From positions 74,338,001 through 74,402,000 of the forward strand of contig OX597818.1 in the NCBI GenBank assembly GCA_951406725.2: a stretch of DNA of 64,000 nucleotides. Reading direction: 5' to 3'. Position 1 is the stretch's first letter. Every line of letters begins with the position of its first letter. Source of the stretch: Octopus vulgaris. Its lineage: Eukaryota. A program made the position numbers and the translations under genes. This document shows positions 41,298-56,312 of this stretch, piece after piece. Under the pieces are notes generated by a model. It had not been told where the DNA came from, did no database searches, and saw nothing but the letters and a program-made list of their open reading frames with translations.

Positions 41298-43837
41298 GAA
41301 GAGGAGGAGGAGGAGGAGGAGGAGAAGCAGTAGTAGTAACATTATTATTATAATTAGTAATCATGTTAAGGGCATTGAATTAGGGAAATCTATAGAGTGT
41401 ATGACAAAATATCTTGCGGCTCTCTACGTTCTGATGCCAAATTTCCCTGAAGACAACGTTAACTTTCATTTTTCGATAAAATATAGTTGCCATAAATTAA
41501 TCAGTCGGTGGTATTGTTCAACACCTCCAAAATTTTGGGCGCTGTACCTGTATCAGAAACTAGACTTTTAATAGCTGTGGGCTAAGAGAATCAGTACCGC
41601 ATCGGCCAAAATTACTTCCGGGATGTTTCAACGATATGTATTCTGATTTCAAATCCTACGAAGTGAAATTACTCTTCATCCGAAAGGGACAATAAAGTAG
41701 AGTACCAATCAAAAACCGGAGTCGATATAATCCGTTATTCCTCTACCATAATTTTCATGTCTTACGTCTAATTTACAAAAGCTATTACATTTTGTTGTTC
41801 ATCAGTTGTTCAGTCTATTTTACTTGATCGTAATCTTCAGGATGCTATTAAACCCCTTATTATACATTATTGTATAATTTATTATGACAGTTGTGTGTGT
41901 TTCTAGTAATTAAGTTATTCAAAGCTAATATCTGAAGGAACAATGATCAAAGGTGAATTATTTAAATAGAATCTGCATTGATATCTGACAGCATCAAATA
42001 TAAAGATACTATACAACTGCATAAGCTTGATATGTGACAAAAGAGAACATTTCTGTGAGGCAGTTAATACAATTCAGTAATGAAGTGCAAACAAGAAAAC
42101 GACAATAGTAATGTTGTACATCCAACTAATTGTTTCAGGGTGAACAAAATTATTTAAGACACCTGATTTGTGCCAGATCTTTATAGAATAGGATCTTTAT
42201 CATTTCCAAGAAAAAACAGTTACGTTACTTAATGCGTGAATATAATGTGTGAATATAAAAGAACCATGTGTGAATGTTACTTAATGTGTGGATATAAAGG
42301 CAAAATACAAGAGGCATGCAACATTTGGCATATTTTCTGTTACTAATCCCTCCAAAAATGTCACATTTTGTTTTAAATACCATAAATAAAATAATAAAAT
42401 ATTAAAATTGCCCCTTTTGTTACAATATTTTGGTTGAAATAAAGTTTCTGCTTCAGTTTTATTTTCTAAATCCATATAGAGTCCATACAGCCGTAAAACG
42501 TCTGATGTTGAAAAACGGCTTCCTGTGCATCGTGCTAGACAGGCAGATATTTTATCAAACCCGAAAGGTGGAAGGTAATGTTAACTTCAGTGGTATTTGA
42601 CCTTACAGAGTAGACAGACGGATCCTGTCCAACATTCTAACGATTCTGTTACGTCATTACCTTGATTGAAGAACGCAAATATATTTTATCCTGCAAAATA
42701 TAATAGGAGGTGATGATAGTGGATATCCGTCGTTTGAAGATGAAGATATTTAGTTGTTCTATCAACTGAATAACCCACTCCTGAATTAATGAATAGGTAT
42801 CTGATTTCACACACACCTGTTAATCCTCAGCCTAATTCTCTGGCAGAATCAATATGACGTAATGCATATGACAAGGTTTTACATTTGAATTATAGGAACA
42901 ATCCAACCGACGGGCTTCTATAGTGTGATCATGTACTCAGTTTCACTCACAAAACATGTGTCGTCCCTAGACTACAGAAAATTACATTTTTTCATAACGT
43001 TACGCAGTGAGATTGAATCCGTGACCACTTGTTTGTGAAACGAACTACATAAGTATTCGGTCATAGAGCTTCTGTTAAGCACAATTAGCTGGTAACTCTA
43101 TGTTAACATCTCCATTATTGCTATGAAGTTTACTGTTAAGATGTTTATTTATTCATAATGCTGCACATCACGTTTAATCGGTTTGACATTAAGTCGAATG
43201 AATGGACATATGTTCAAAATAATTCGGGCGTGACCATCTCGTAGTTTTCCAAGACTCGATGTGACCCAGGACACAATGTACCATTCTAAGGTAGGAATTG
43301 TTATTTGAGAGCTGGTAATCATAGCCGAGATTCATGAAACTAAGCAAAAACGAATGTAATAAAAATGTTGACAACATAATACTAACGAAAATAATAGCAA
43401 TGAAAATAATTAATATTATTTCTTGATTCACAACATAGGCTAACACCTTAATTGAACTAAAGACGAAAAAGTAATAGCAATAATAACAGTAATGAAAATA
43501 ACTATTATTATGTCTTTATTGACAACAAGAATATAAAAATATAATAGAAACCATTTTCTACAGGAAGGCTGCATCAAATCTGCACTGGAGTAGACACATG
43601 ACAGGGCTGGAATCGAAATATAACATGAGAGACAGATTATAATCTAGAAAAAAACAAAATACACACCTCTGAAGGGCTGAGATGCCGCTGCTAGTTGGGG
43701 AACACCAGGTGATCGAAGGCTCCAAGATTGATATCAAATACCCCTAGCCATCAGTCAACTGCCACATCCATCTTACGAATCACTCCATACGTATCTTTGG
43801 CATTGGCTGAACAGCGAAGACCACCACGTCCTTTAAA

Positions 43838-44215
43838 TAGTTTATGATTAAGAAGCTTCTGTATCTATGTGATTTCGGGTTCAGTCCCAGTACGTGTCAG
43901 CTTGAGCAAGTGTCTTCAACTTCTGGTTGACCAATGCCTTGTGAGCGAATTTGTTTGACGGAAACTGTGTGGACGACCGTAGCATATAAATGTGTGTTTA
44001 CGACAGGTGTGCCTTTCTATTTCTGTTTGCCCCACCACCGCATGACAATCGATGTTTGTTTGTTTACGTCGAAGTGACCTGGTTGCAGAGCAAAAGTATC
44101 CGATACAATAACCTTAAAGCTAAGAAAGTACTGGGGCGATTTATTCGAACAAATTCTTCAGGGCGGCACCCCAGTATGACCGCAGTTGAATGACTAAAAC
44201 AAGTGAAAAGGATAT
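43838..44215 (+). mobile_element. SINE family B, diverged
   Basis: ttcgggttcagtcccag...gcaagtgtcttc...ccccagtatgaccgcag...tgactaaaacaagtgaaaag. Confidence 0.75.
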
Positions 44216-44880
44216 AAAAACACAAATGTTAATGTATGAGTGTATGTGTGTGTAAGTGTGTGTGAGAGCGGGTATTGTGTTGTATAGATAGATATAAAAT
44301 GAGACTAAAGAATGCAGATGAAAACACCTAAAGCTAAGCAAAAACGATAACAACACAACAAGAACATCAACAACAACAACCAGTATAATGTCTAATATTC
44401 CTAAAAAAGCAAGCATCTGACTAGATTTATCACATATAAATATCGTATATTATGCCACTGTTTCAGTATTATCTGAATACACAGGAATATAAAATGAGAA
44501 TTTTTTAAAGAAGAAAGCAACATCCCCGACTGGGAATCAAGAAACGAGAAAGATATAAAGCGATGGTGGAAATATAAGTGAATTATACGACCACACAACG
44601 AATTATTCCCTCGAAAACATAAAGCAAATAAAAAAGAATAGAAATATTAGAAAAATCACGACATAGAATAACTAAACTAACGTAAACAGTCAAACGTGAG
44701 AAAGCAAATACAGAAATAACAAATAAATGTATTAACGAAAGGGAAAAATACTGATGTGTTAGTAACAGTAGAGAAAGTTCAAACGAAAGAAAATCTATTC
44801 TTGTATAAACAAGCAATTTCATTGTGATATACATCAAAAGAATATATATACATACATACGTACATACATATGTATATATA

Positions 44881-44939
<59 letters not shown>

Positions 44940-44989
44940 GTATGTATGTGTGTATGCATATGCATATTTGTATGCGTGTATATGCAGGT

Positions 44990-45029
<40 letters not shown>

Positions 45030-45578
45030 TTAAGTCACCAGCATATATAAAGAAATAGTAATGCAATGTAAAACTTCAAAGTAGAAGGCGGTAAAAGTTA
45101 AAACAATATGCAGTCAAGCATATTTCAAACAGCTCTATACAGTGAAAAACCTAACGAGTAATTCTTAAGCACAAAACATCAACGACGTGTAACAAACGGA
45201 AAATTCGGTTGAAAATAATAATGCTAAAAGGAAACCTAACGAACTAGAAAACTGACCGTATAGTTGTACTTACATATATATATACTAAGCAAATATTACA
45301 TTACACAGAGATACAAATATCTACATCTATAATTATATACACATTTAAAGCGCACATACACATTGCTATCTTTATTTCTTTTATAATAGTATTCTATATT
45401 GGAGACTGTCAAATAATGGTATCCGACTTCATTCCACTCAATAAAAAACAGACTAGAGAATATGCGTGTTAAAATGTGTTTTATATGTCCGTCATAATTC
45501 TTAATTCTTCCACAATGTAATTTACTTTCGGCACAATGTCTCAGAAAATCAAACGACTTTTCAATTCAATTACGACTC

Positions 45579-45805
<227 letters not shown>

Positions 45806-46293
45806 TAAATACATACATTAGTTATATATTTCCATTCTTGAATATATAAACGAAAATACAGCATAGAAAGAAATTACTTCTTTTTGTAAATCCTGGGATA
45901 ATCACTTCACACTTAAATAACTGTGAAAATATCAGGTTTGATTTCGATACCATAAATAGTAATTATAGTTTTTTAACACCAAGTATTTAGATCACTTTTC
46001 GTATTGTAGGTTTTCTCAACACAAATTATATATATATATGATCATACCATACTTGTGAGAAAATAGAAATAATATATTGTCATGAAATATTTGTATTTTG
46101 TCATTGCATACCGACCATGCAGACTCATTACCTTCAATGGTTGTGTCGATGAGATTGCTTTTGTCGTGATACTGACTTTTTCTATTATTTTTTTTAAAAT
46201 TATTTCAGCCAGTTCAGTTTTTAAATCTGCGCGTTGACTGCTTGGAAACGATCCCGTACGATTGCCAAATAGTAACAAAACAAGCACACGCTT

Positions 46294-46397
<104 letters not shown>

Positions 46398-46679
46398 CAC
46401 AAACACATTCGTAGCGGCTTTTCAGAAAATACCGTCGGTCGGCCCGGAGTTATGGTAAACAACAATTGTCGCAGGTGCTGCACTATGGGGCTGAACCACA
46501 TGGTTCTTCCAAACCACAGGTATGTTACATTTCCCAAGATTCATGCATATTCTTGTGTGATTGTGCGTATGTGTCTGAGTGTCTGTGTACCTCTCTCTCT
46601 CTCTCTCTCTCTGTATACATATATGTATACATATGTATGTATATATACATATATATATATATATACATACACACACACA

Positions 46680-46741
<62 letters not shown>

Positions 46742-47004
46742 TACATATATATATACACACGTATCAAGTTACAAGACTTAATACCTCTAAGGGATAATTA
46801 AATCCAGAGTCGCTCTTGGCTATTAGCTGGGTAGGTACAGTCTTTTGAAAGATTGCACGGTAGGAATTGGTTCGGTTGGTAAACCGGAGTTTAGGTTGCA
46901 TAAGAGAAGTAAATGGATATGATAACAATGAAAAACTCATGATTTACTCTGGCCTCTCTTTAATTAAATAGGTAACAAGGAAGTAAGAAGCAGAGATGAG
47001 GCTG

Positions 47005-47055
47005 GCATTTACGATCGTTTCGATTTACTGGTGTAAGTAAATCTTTTCAGAATGC
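47005..47055 (-). ncRNA. Minimal hammerhead motif (C3/A8 mismatch) in PLE 3' UTR
   Basis: Minus strand: gcauu-CUGAAAA-GAUUUACU uacacc AGUAAAUC-GAAA-CGAUCG-UA-aaugc. Perfect stems I and II, palindromic stem III. Confidence 0.72.
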
Positions 47056-47593
47056 GAATATGGATAAATGTATCGGTTAGGATGCGAAAATGATTGATAC
47101 ATTTGTGATGGTAATGTAAACAAAGTGTAATTCTTACATTGAAATTTGCTGGGTCGAGGTTTGCTTGTGGTAGGTTGGTTAGTTTCGTTGGATAATTAGG
47201 GCGGGGTGAGTATTATTTAGGTGCGGACTACGTCGTTTAATTAAGCACATTTTTTCTCATGTGTTCATCTCGTATTTTTGATTTTGACACCGGCGGTGTA
47301 AGTGAAGGGGGTAACTCTAGCAGGGTGAAAAGGGTGCTAACTACTGGATGGTTTGAAAATGTGTTACGTCTAATAATTGTTTTATTACTAGATTTTAGAC
47401 ATTTTTTAATGATATGCGGGGCCCTAAAAATTTGCAAGGTTTATTATTATGGAATGTTTGGGGCGCGTGGGTATGCAGTGTGACTATTCGTGTGTTTCAT
47501 GTGTTACTCTGTTCATTAGACTTATATAGATGAGTATTCTAGTTTGGGATTATGAAGGCATAGAGGGCTGCATGAGGTCAATAGAGGCTATTC

Positions 47594-47965
47594 TACCGGT
47601 ATTTCGAAAATACAAACTGGCCCACATGGAGAGAAAAAATTTTGTTATTAAATTTCCTGTTGACAAGATTTTGTTTAGCCCTGAGTATAGCTAGGCGTTC
47701 TGATAGGTAGAGATCACAGCGTCTACTTACGGTGTTGTAGAAGGTTGTTTTTGTGAGTATACACCAGTTCAAGCTAAAATTTATTTATTTATCCTTAAGT
47801 TCCCAAATGTATGCACTAAGTCCTGGTGATTTTGCCTTATTCCTCTTTCTGAGGCTGGATAGATGCGTATTATATCTGAGAATCATTTGGTTCTTAGTTG
47901 TACCTATGTAAGATTTCGCCTGGTTGTCAGTGCGGACGCCACATTGGTAAACTACGTTATTTATG
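47594..47965 (-). pseudogene. PLE GIY-YIG fragment of a second clade (Naiad-like)
   Basis: NNVVYQC.V......YIGTT....LRYNTHLSS.R.....GLSAYIWELKDK*INFSLNWCIL....YN..SRRCDLYLSERLAIL....LVNRK. Lacks the Neptune CxxC between the GIY and YIG motifs and has a C-terminal RCxL(C)xxE insert. Confidence 0.75.
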
Positions 47966-48514
47966 CGGCTGTAGGGATAGAACAAAGTGACACTTCTCAA
48001 ATAGATGTAAGACAAATAACGTAACACAAGACGTAATGGGTCAATACCCTAGAGCTCTCATCTTTGGTATTGTTAGGATTGAAGGTGGTGTGAGAGAGAA
48101 AGCGCAAGGGAATCGGAAATATTGCAAACTAGGAATACCTAAGGGGTAAACACGGGCATTGAGAATTCATGGGAGTTTGGTAACATTAAGATGAAAATGA
48201 AAGTAGAGTAGAGCGTTGAACATATATTGACTCATAGAATTTAATAGATCGATAATGACATCATCACTGGATAGCATAGTGACAGCATCGCTAGGTAACA
48301 TATATCACCAACAGACTTATAAAAGACAGTGTAATTAAATAACATATTTAGAGAAGTAGCTAATTAACATTTATGTATATGTATATATCAGCATGAGCTA
48401 GTTAACACAGAGAGACACATACAGATATAAACGCATTAGTTTATATATATATATATATATATATACACGCACACATGTTTATACGTGTATATATCCAACC
48501 CCTTTTCTCTCTCT

Positions 48515-48555
<41 letters not shown>

Positions 48556-48589
48556 AGTTAAATTCAGTGTGTTTAGAGTAGTAGTAGTT

Positions 48590-48690
<101 letters not shown>

Positions 48691-48925
48691 TGCACCACCA
48701 CCACCAGCGGCAGCTGCAGACATATGAAAGTAAATTTGGGAAATAAACTATTGTATCAGTGCAAGTATATTTCTGACAAATTTGATTTTAAATTACCATC
48801 TACACTCTAGTTTGCCGTGGGGAAAAATATTTATTACAGGCAACTATTGTTAAAGCAGCAACAGTCATTTCCCGGAGTTTTGTACATTAACCGCTCATTG
48901 ATAGCTCAATCTTATATTCATATAC

Positions 48926-49325
48926 AGGCAGCGAGCGGCAGAAACTTTAGTACGCCGGGCGAAATGCTTAGCGGCATTTCGTCCGCCGTTACGTTCTGAC
49001 TTCAAATTCCGCTGAGGTCGACTTTGCCTTTCATCCTTTCGGGGTCGATTAAATACGTACCAGTCACGCACTGGGGTCGATATAATCAGTTTTATCCGTT
49101 TGTCTGTCCTTGTTTGTCCTCTCTGTGTTTAGCCCCTTGTGGGTAGTAAAGAAATATGTATTTCGTCTGTCTTTATGTTCTGAGTTCAAATTCCGCTGAG
49201 ATCTACTTTGCCTTTCGTCCATTTAGGGGTCGATAAATTAAGTACCATTTGCTTACTGGGGTCGATCTAATCCATTGGCCCCTTCTCCTAAAATTTTTGG
49301 GTCTTGTTGCAAGAGTAGAAAAGAA
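48926..49325 (+). mobile_element. SINE family A, full copy followed by a tandem partial copy
   Basis: Close match to 5608-5838 up to aaagaaata (49157), then restarts at tatttcgtctg...gagttcaaattcc. Confidence 0.85.
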
Positions 49326-49900
49326 TTGTATATTCGTATGTGTTACTCCCAACAAATTAGTTTTTATTTTATGTTTTCGAAAATGTTTAAAAAATTGTAT
49401 CTGCTTTTAGCATTTCATTTCTGAGAAAGCCACAACACCTCTAAACGGCTACTGTCATACATAGCAACACTTGATATTTATAGTCACAATGTCTTCAATT
49501 AAGGTGGAGCTACATCTGTGTTAAGAACTAATGAAATAAAGTGACTATTATTAGGTGATATAGAAGAATATAACCATTCATGAGATGGATAATAATAGAG
49601 TCCACTCGGGGATATATAGTGACATTACATTTGGATAACACATTACGGAGATATTCTTGTATCGAGAGAGAAGAAATCCAGTCTATTAAACTTTAAACAA
49701 TGAATGAAGTCTAGGCCTTTTATTACTATTATTGCCGGTGTTCATTTTAATGCGGCTAACTGACACAATCGTTAGGACGCATTCTGAATTCAAAGATGAA
49801 AAACTTAGTAGTTGAGCACTGGAGGTCGATGTAATCGTCTCACCTCTCCCCTAAATTGCTGGCTTTGTGCCACGATTGGAAATAGTAAAGTGTAGAGATG

Positions 49901-50065
49901 TTTTAGCGGCGTTTCGTCCATCTTTACATTCTGAGTTCTAATTTCGCCGAGGTTGACTTTGGTTTTCGTCCTTTCGTGGTCGATTGAAAGAGTACCGGTT
50001 GAACAGTCGATGTAATCGATTAACCCCTCCCCTGAAGCTGCTGGCCCTGTGCCTAAATTTGAAAT
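49901..50065 (+). mobile_element. SINE family A, partial (another 3' fragment just upstream at ~49810-49880)
   Basis: ctgagttctaatttcgccgaggttgacttt...gtcgattgaaagagtacc. Confidence 0.7.
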
Positions 50066-50872
50066 CACCAAATTTGTTGTTGTTCTTGTTCCCGCTACTA
50101 TGGTCGCTGCTCATATTGTGCAGTTTCAGGTCATAATGAAGCCCACAATAACAGCAACGAAATGTGTTTGAACCTTGATTAAATGCGCTTTCATAAGTCA
50201 CGGAATATTTTGGACAATAAATTCTCACGTGTACTTTTCTAAAGATTTCTTTCCAAAGATAGGATGAAGATTTTGTGGCTATTTCTAGCAACTGAATAAT
50301 AGTATAGTGTCTCTCACATTGGCTTGTAATGCTATATAAATGCTATTTTGCGGTGGACATTTTATTTTACCTTTTGTATGAAAAATTACGTGCTTCAGTT
50401 CACTTTTCCTTTTCAAACTGAAATTATAAAAGATATCGAAAGAAAACTCTTTCTCTATTGATTCAAATTAGCTATCGTTTCTAATTGTTTAATTTCTTTC
50501 GAGCATATAATTAGCAATACAACTGTAATGATGATTCATTATTTGAGAAATATTACGAAAGACATGAATATATTAAACATGATAATTAAGCCTATACTAT
50601 TCATGTTAATTAATTTAAATGATTGTTGTAATTACACAGCAAGTTATTCGTTTTTGAAATAATGGTTATATAACGAAAAATGATTTACACAACATAGTTT
50701 ATCAGTTTATAAAATTTATTCCCGAAATGACGATTTGATTCTTCTCACTCATATTTTATCACTGCATACCCTTCTCTTTTTCTCCCAATTAATGTTTATC
50801 TTCCTACATACATATATACGTATATATGTATATGCATATATACATATATATGTGTATATATATATATATAAG

Positions 50873-51173
50873 TGAGGGCGCGTGGCTTAGTGGTTAGGGG
50901 CATTCGGCTCATGATCGTAAGGTCGTAAGTTCAATTGAGCAAGACACTTTATTTCACATTACTTTAGTCCACTCAGCTGGCAAAAATGAGTTGTACCTGT
51001 ATTTCAAAGATCCAGCATTGTCACACATTGTGTCACGCTGAATCTCCCCGATAACTACGTCATGGGTACACGTCTTTGTGTAGTGCTCAGCCACTTACCC
51101 GTTAATTTCACGAGCAAGCTGTTCGTTTGATTGAATCAGTTTGGATCCTCGTCGTCGCAACCGACGGAATGAT
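50873..51173 (+). mobile_element. tRNA-derived SINE family C
   Basis: A box-like gtggcttagtggttagg, B box-like ggtcgtaagttcaatt. The 3' 35 bp is duplicated at 51239-51273. Confidence 0.85.
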
Positions 51174-51224
<51 letters not shown>

Positions 51225-51271
51225 GCATATTATATATTTGGGATCCTCGTCGTCGAAACCGACGGAATGAT

Positions 51272-51318
<47 letters not shown>

Positions 51319-51612
51319 GCATATCATATATGTATATATACATGCATACACATACCATTGTATCGACCGCTTGTCACTATGCACTTACTGGCTTACTTAT
51401 AACTGTCGATTGATGCCAACAACCTGGCTAAACCAACTGGCTAACATTGGTCTTGAACGGAACTTGAAGCAGAAATGCGCATTTAATGTTAAGTGGACTG
51501 GGAGAACGTTAACTTAAGTGATTTGCTCAAGAACAGAACGTACCACCGATTTGAGAATTGTAACAACTATTGTGCGTTCGTGAGTGCAATATCCTAAGTT
51601 GTAGGCCTTATA

Positions 51613-52190
51613 TCTTATTATAATGGGCGTTATGGCGGTCAGTTGTCCGTCTATCCGTCTGTCTGTCTGTCTTGCTGCATGTCTGTCTGTCGGTCTGTCT
51701 GTTCCCTCTTCACGGTCAAACTGCTAGACTAATCACCAAGATGTTTTCAGGATTACGAAGAAGAAAATGAGGAATGTTTCTAAGCGAAAAATCTGAAAAA
51801 GTATGATTATCTAGTAAATATTGAGTTTTGTATTAATAAATCACTTTTGATTTTTTTTGTTAAAATTCCGGCGTCGGGGATTAACTCTGAATTCTCCCGC
51901 CCCCGCATAGGTCGTGAATTTAGAGGGTTTACATTTGCGAGACTATCACTTTATTTCCCGTTGTAGATGGGGAGATTTGATATCTTACAATATTGGGCGT
52001 TATGTCCGTCTGGCTGTCCGTCCGTCCGTCTCTTTGTTTGTTGCATCTTTACGACCAGAGCAGTGTTACGATTTTTTCGGGATTACAAAGACGGTCGTCA
52101 GGAAGAGATTTTGAAACAAAAACACTGATAGCATTATTATTTTGTGGATATCAATTTTTGAATTGATAAACGAGTAACTCTAGATTTTCA
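51613..52190 (+). mobile_element. Helitron-like 5' region, two tandem units with (GTCT)n
   Basis: Units start aTCTTATTATA (51613) and aTCTTACAATA (51982); reverse-complement homology to 13990-14533. Confidence 0.6.
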
Positions 52191-52398
52191 AACACATCGC
52201 GAACACATGTCATATGGCTGCAATAGAATGTTGTATCACCAACAATAATATGCTTTCTCTAAGACATCACCCAGTAATCTATCAAGTCCATATATAGAAG
52301 AAAAATGACTACCTAAATACTGCCGATAAATGTTAATATAATTGTGTGTGTGTGTGTTTGTGTATGTATGTATGTATGTATGTATGTATGTATGTATG

Positions 52399-52433
<35 letters not shown>

Positions 52434-52709
52434 GTATACAATACAGTATATATTATATATATACACAAATGCATTATATAATATAGTTAGTATTCTTTAC
52501 TAAACACAACGTCCTATATATTTATCCCATTTATGTTTATGTGTCGTCAACATTTGAGCCCATTTGAGCGAAAGAAGTATATTCTTTGTTTATATATAAC
52601 GTACATCGAAGGAAGCTGGTATGTAAAATAACAATATAATGTCAATGTTATTTATGTTTGAGGAATGGGAATGTATATGTGTGTGTGTGTGAGCACGCGT
52701 GTGTGTGTA

Positions 52710-53251
52710 TACAACTGTGTCCCACTAATGTTTCATCATAAAGATAGATATTTTTCAATGAAGATTGAAAATTTCTATAAATATACTGCATATCCACTAG
52801 GTTCCGATCATATGTGAATTTGTTATAAACAAAAAAAAAACATGTTTTGAGAGTGCGTGGAGAGAGGAGATTCAGAAACTTCACACGGATCAGCCTTCTT
52901 TCCTCACGACATTCGTAAAGATGGATATTTTCTAATGAAGATTTGGACAAATGCGTTTTCGAATGTCTAGAGTAAGATTATAACAGAATTTCATATGGAA
53001 ATAAGCACTGGTGGGATAGCACACTACATACCAAAAGTATCACATCTGTTTCCTTTCACAAAATTTATTTCACAACATATACCGATATAATCACACTCTA
53101 TACGATCTGAAAATTTCATAATTGCATATCCATGTTTCTGAAACTTATGAAGAAAGAAATTCTGTGGGGCACGGTTATTTACATTTGAGACATATTGGGA
53201 CACTATTTCTATAAGGTCTAACTACCATGTAGAGGACTTTCGTGTTGGCTC

Positions 53252-53306
<55 letters not shown>

Positions 53307-53800
53307 CAAGGATAAAGCAACAGGTATACATACTCAAATGTGTCCTACCTATTTTGTATCGTCTTAACTTCCGGAAAAATGGATATTTTTCGATGAAAAT
53401 TCTTACGAATATGCATCAGATGATGTAGCTCCTAGGTCTGAACTTCTTAAAAAGGTGCAAAGAGAGGAGATTCCGAAAATTCATACGGGCCGACTTTATT
53501 TCCTCAAAACTCTCTCAAAAATGGATATATTTAAATGAAGATTTTGGAAAATACGGAGTGTGTAGATTACGATTATATCGGAATGTAATATGGAAATAAA
53601 AATTGACGAGATAGCATACATGCATGCTGACAGGTTGTTTTTTTTTTTTTTGTCAAAAAATTTATACTCACAACAAATTACAACGTAATCCGGATGTACA
53701 CTATATCTACACATTCTGAAGTGTATTTGTAAAAAAAAAATTATTAAAAATATCCATGTCTCTCAGTTCTGAGAAAAGAAATTCTTTTCGGACACAACTC
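52710..53800. mobile_element. Two diverged tandem copies of a ~470-bp TIR element (Tc1/mariner-like MITE)
   Basis: First copy is bounded by acaactgtgtcccac / gtggggcacggttat. Shared internal blocks (gagaggagattc.gaaa.ttca.acgg, aaatggatat...aatgaagattt, atatggaaataa, atatccatgt...aagaaatt) recur about 600 bp later. Confidence 0.55.
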
Positions 53801-53889
53801 CGGACGGTTAATGTATATAATTGCGCATTGGTTACAGAAAGTCTGTAGTAAATAGCATTAGTATATATGTATGTATATATTCTTTTATT

Positions 53890-54268
53890 CTTTTATATGT
53901 TTCAGTCATTTGACTGTGGTCATACTGGATCACTTCTTTAGTAGAAGAAATAGACCCCAGGACTTATTATTTGCAAGCCTAGTACTTATTCTATGGGTCT
54001 CTTGTACCGATGCGCTAAGTTACGGGGACGTAAACATGCCAGCATCAGTAGTCAAGCGATGGTTAAAAACACAGGCACACACACACACACACACACACAA
54101 ACATATATATATATAGAGAGAGACGGCAGTCTTCTTTCCTTTTCCGTCTACTAAATTCACTCATAATGCTTTGGTCGGCCCGTGGCTATACTAGAAGATA
54201 CCTTCCCAAAGTGCCTCGTGGTGGGACTGAACCCGGAAGCTACTTACTACACAGCCACTCCAACCCCT
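53890..54268 (-). mobile_element. SINE family B
   Basis: Colinear with 30300-30768. Confidence 0.82.
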
Positions 54269-54296
54269 ATGTATATAGGTGCATATATATGTGCAT

Positions 54297-54328
<32 letters not shown>

Positions 54329-54356
54329 TCATATATACATATATATACTTATATGT

Positions 54357-54427
<71 letters not shown>

Positions 54428-54730
54428 CGATTTATATTTAGTAAAATGGCTTATTCACAATTTACAATAGAAAGGCAGATACACTGATGTTACTGAAGTG
54501 CTACAATGGAGAGACAAAACAACTCAGCCACAGAAAACATAAGTGCTCTCAGCGTCTGAGTTGTTTTGACATTCATTTCTAGCAAAAGTGTTGTTGACTA
54601 GTGTCCTAATGACTTTGGTGACGTATCCTCACTCTCTCTCTCTCTTTCTTTCTCTCTCTCCCTTTTTCTCTCTCTCTCTCTCTCTCGACATATATATATA
54701 TATATATATATACATACATGTAAGTGTACA

Positions 54731-54779
<49 letters not shown>

Positions 54780-54820
54780 CAGTACACATAAATCTATCCA
54801 TTTCTAAATACAAAAAACTT

Positions 54821-54890
<70 letters not shown>

Positions 54891-56312
54891 GTGTTATATA
54901 AACGTATAGAATCCATACACATGCATACATATATGTATTATGTACGTATGTATGTTCCATATACAATATTCACGTTGCAAATTATTTATGTGTTTTGATT
55001 CTGTTATTATTGTTTTTTGATTTAAAAGATATTTGCATAGATCATCTTTTGGCAATTAGCAAACATACACTCTAAGCTGAAATTTTTTATATTTCTTTTG
55101 TTTATTCTCGGCCAAGATTTCATCATGTCGAAGTAGCTGTATAAGCATGCTCATGTACAATACCGTTTATGCCACACACATACTATATCATGACAGCTCA
55201 GAGATATATGTAGACATGCAAATGAACAAATCACCCAATAGGCACCACACGCACACACACACACACATACACACTGATAAACATACAACAGACGTAGTAT
55301 CATGAAAATATACATGCATTATAGCCGTACACATAAAATACAATGATTTTAAATCAGAAACCAGTCGGTGATTGACGCGCTGATAACAAGAGTAGACATA
55401 TGCGCCAGCGTAACAAAGGATATCGAGATGAGGTGATATTCAGTGCTTGAGTTGCTTAGTTGTAGAAAAAAATCTATATTGGACTGTACACCTCAGATAT
55501 ACTGATATGCATCACGTCATGCCAATGAAAGTTATTGTTATATCGTTCCTGCAAGCATTACACCAACGCATACACATACATATATATAAACACATATGTG
55601 TTTGTATGTGGGAGCGTGTGTAAGTGTGTGTGTCTCTGTGTGTACGCATACGTGTGCGTGTGTGCGTATGTATGTGTGTACTTGTATAAATATACGTGTG
55701 TGTGTATAAATTAGTACGAGTCCTCAGAAATCCCAGATTCGTTTTCGGAGACCATCAAGTGCGGGGCACTCCTTAGCTTTGGCTAAAAATGTCTCTATAA
55801 GGTCGTTCTGATATAGAACCAGACATACGGGGAATAGCATTGAAAACTTTGGGAATCGTTTGCTTGTGCTCGACTACATGGGACTCCTACATTTCTGAGC
55901 CTGCAACTCATACTGGCACATGGATATTTTGTCTTGGCTTGGATCTTCTCCACCACACTGATATGATCTCTTGATCATATCAGTGGCGAGGAGAGGATCT
56001 GTGCGGGTTTTATGCAAGCATTATTGGACCTAAACATTTAGGTTGTGCAATCATCGGTGAGACGAATACCCGATGATACCCGGTCGAGTTGGGGGTTGCC
56101 TCGGTGAGCCTAAAAGCCGTACACGCAAATCCGAGTGAAGCTGACTCCAGGTGCAATAACCTAGCGTACAGGTATTGCTAGCATTTTGCTGGGCAATGAG
56201 TAGTGGTGATCTTCCTCGGTCACGAGTGAACAGGCATCATATCATATTATATAAATATATATGTATATATATATATATATATGTATAAGGGTGAAAAGGA
56301 ACACACGAGTTG

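Noticed and set aside
51141-51273. 35-bp direct repeat separated by a spacer (CRISPR-like at first glance)
   Set aside because: Only two copies, the spacer is (TA)n, and it is the duplicated 3' end of a SINE in eukaryotic DNA.
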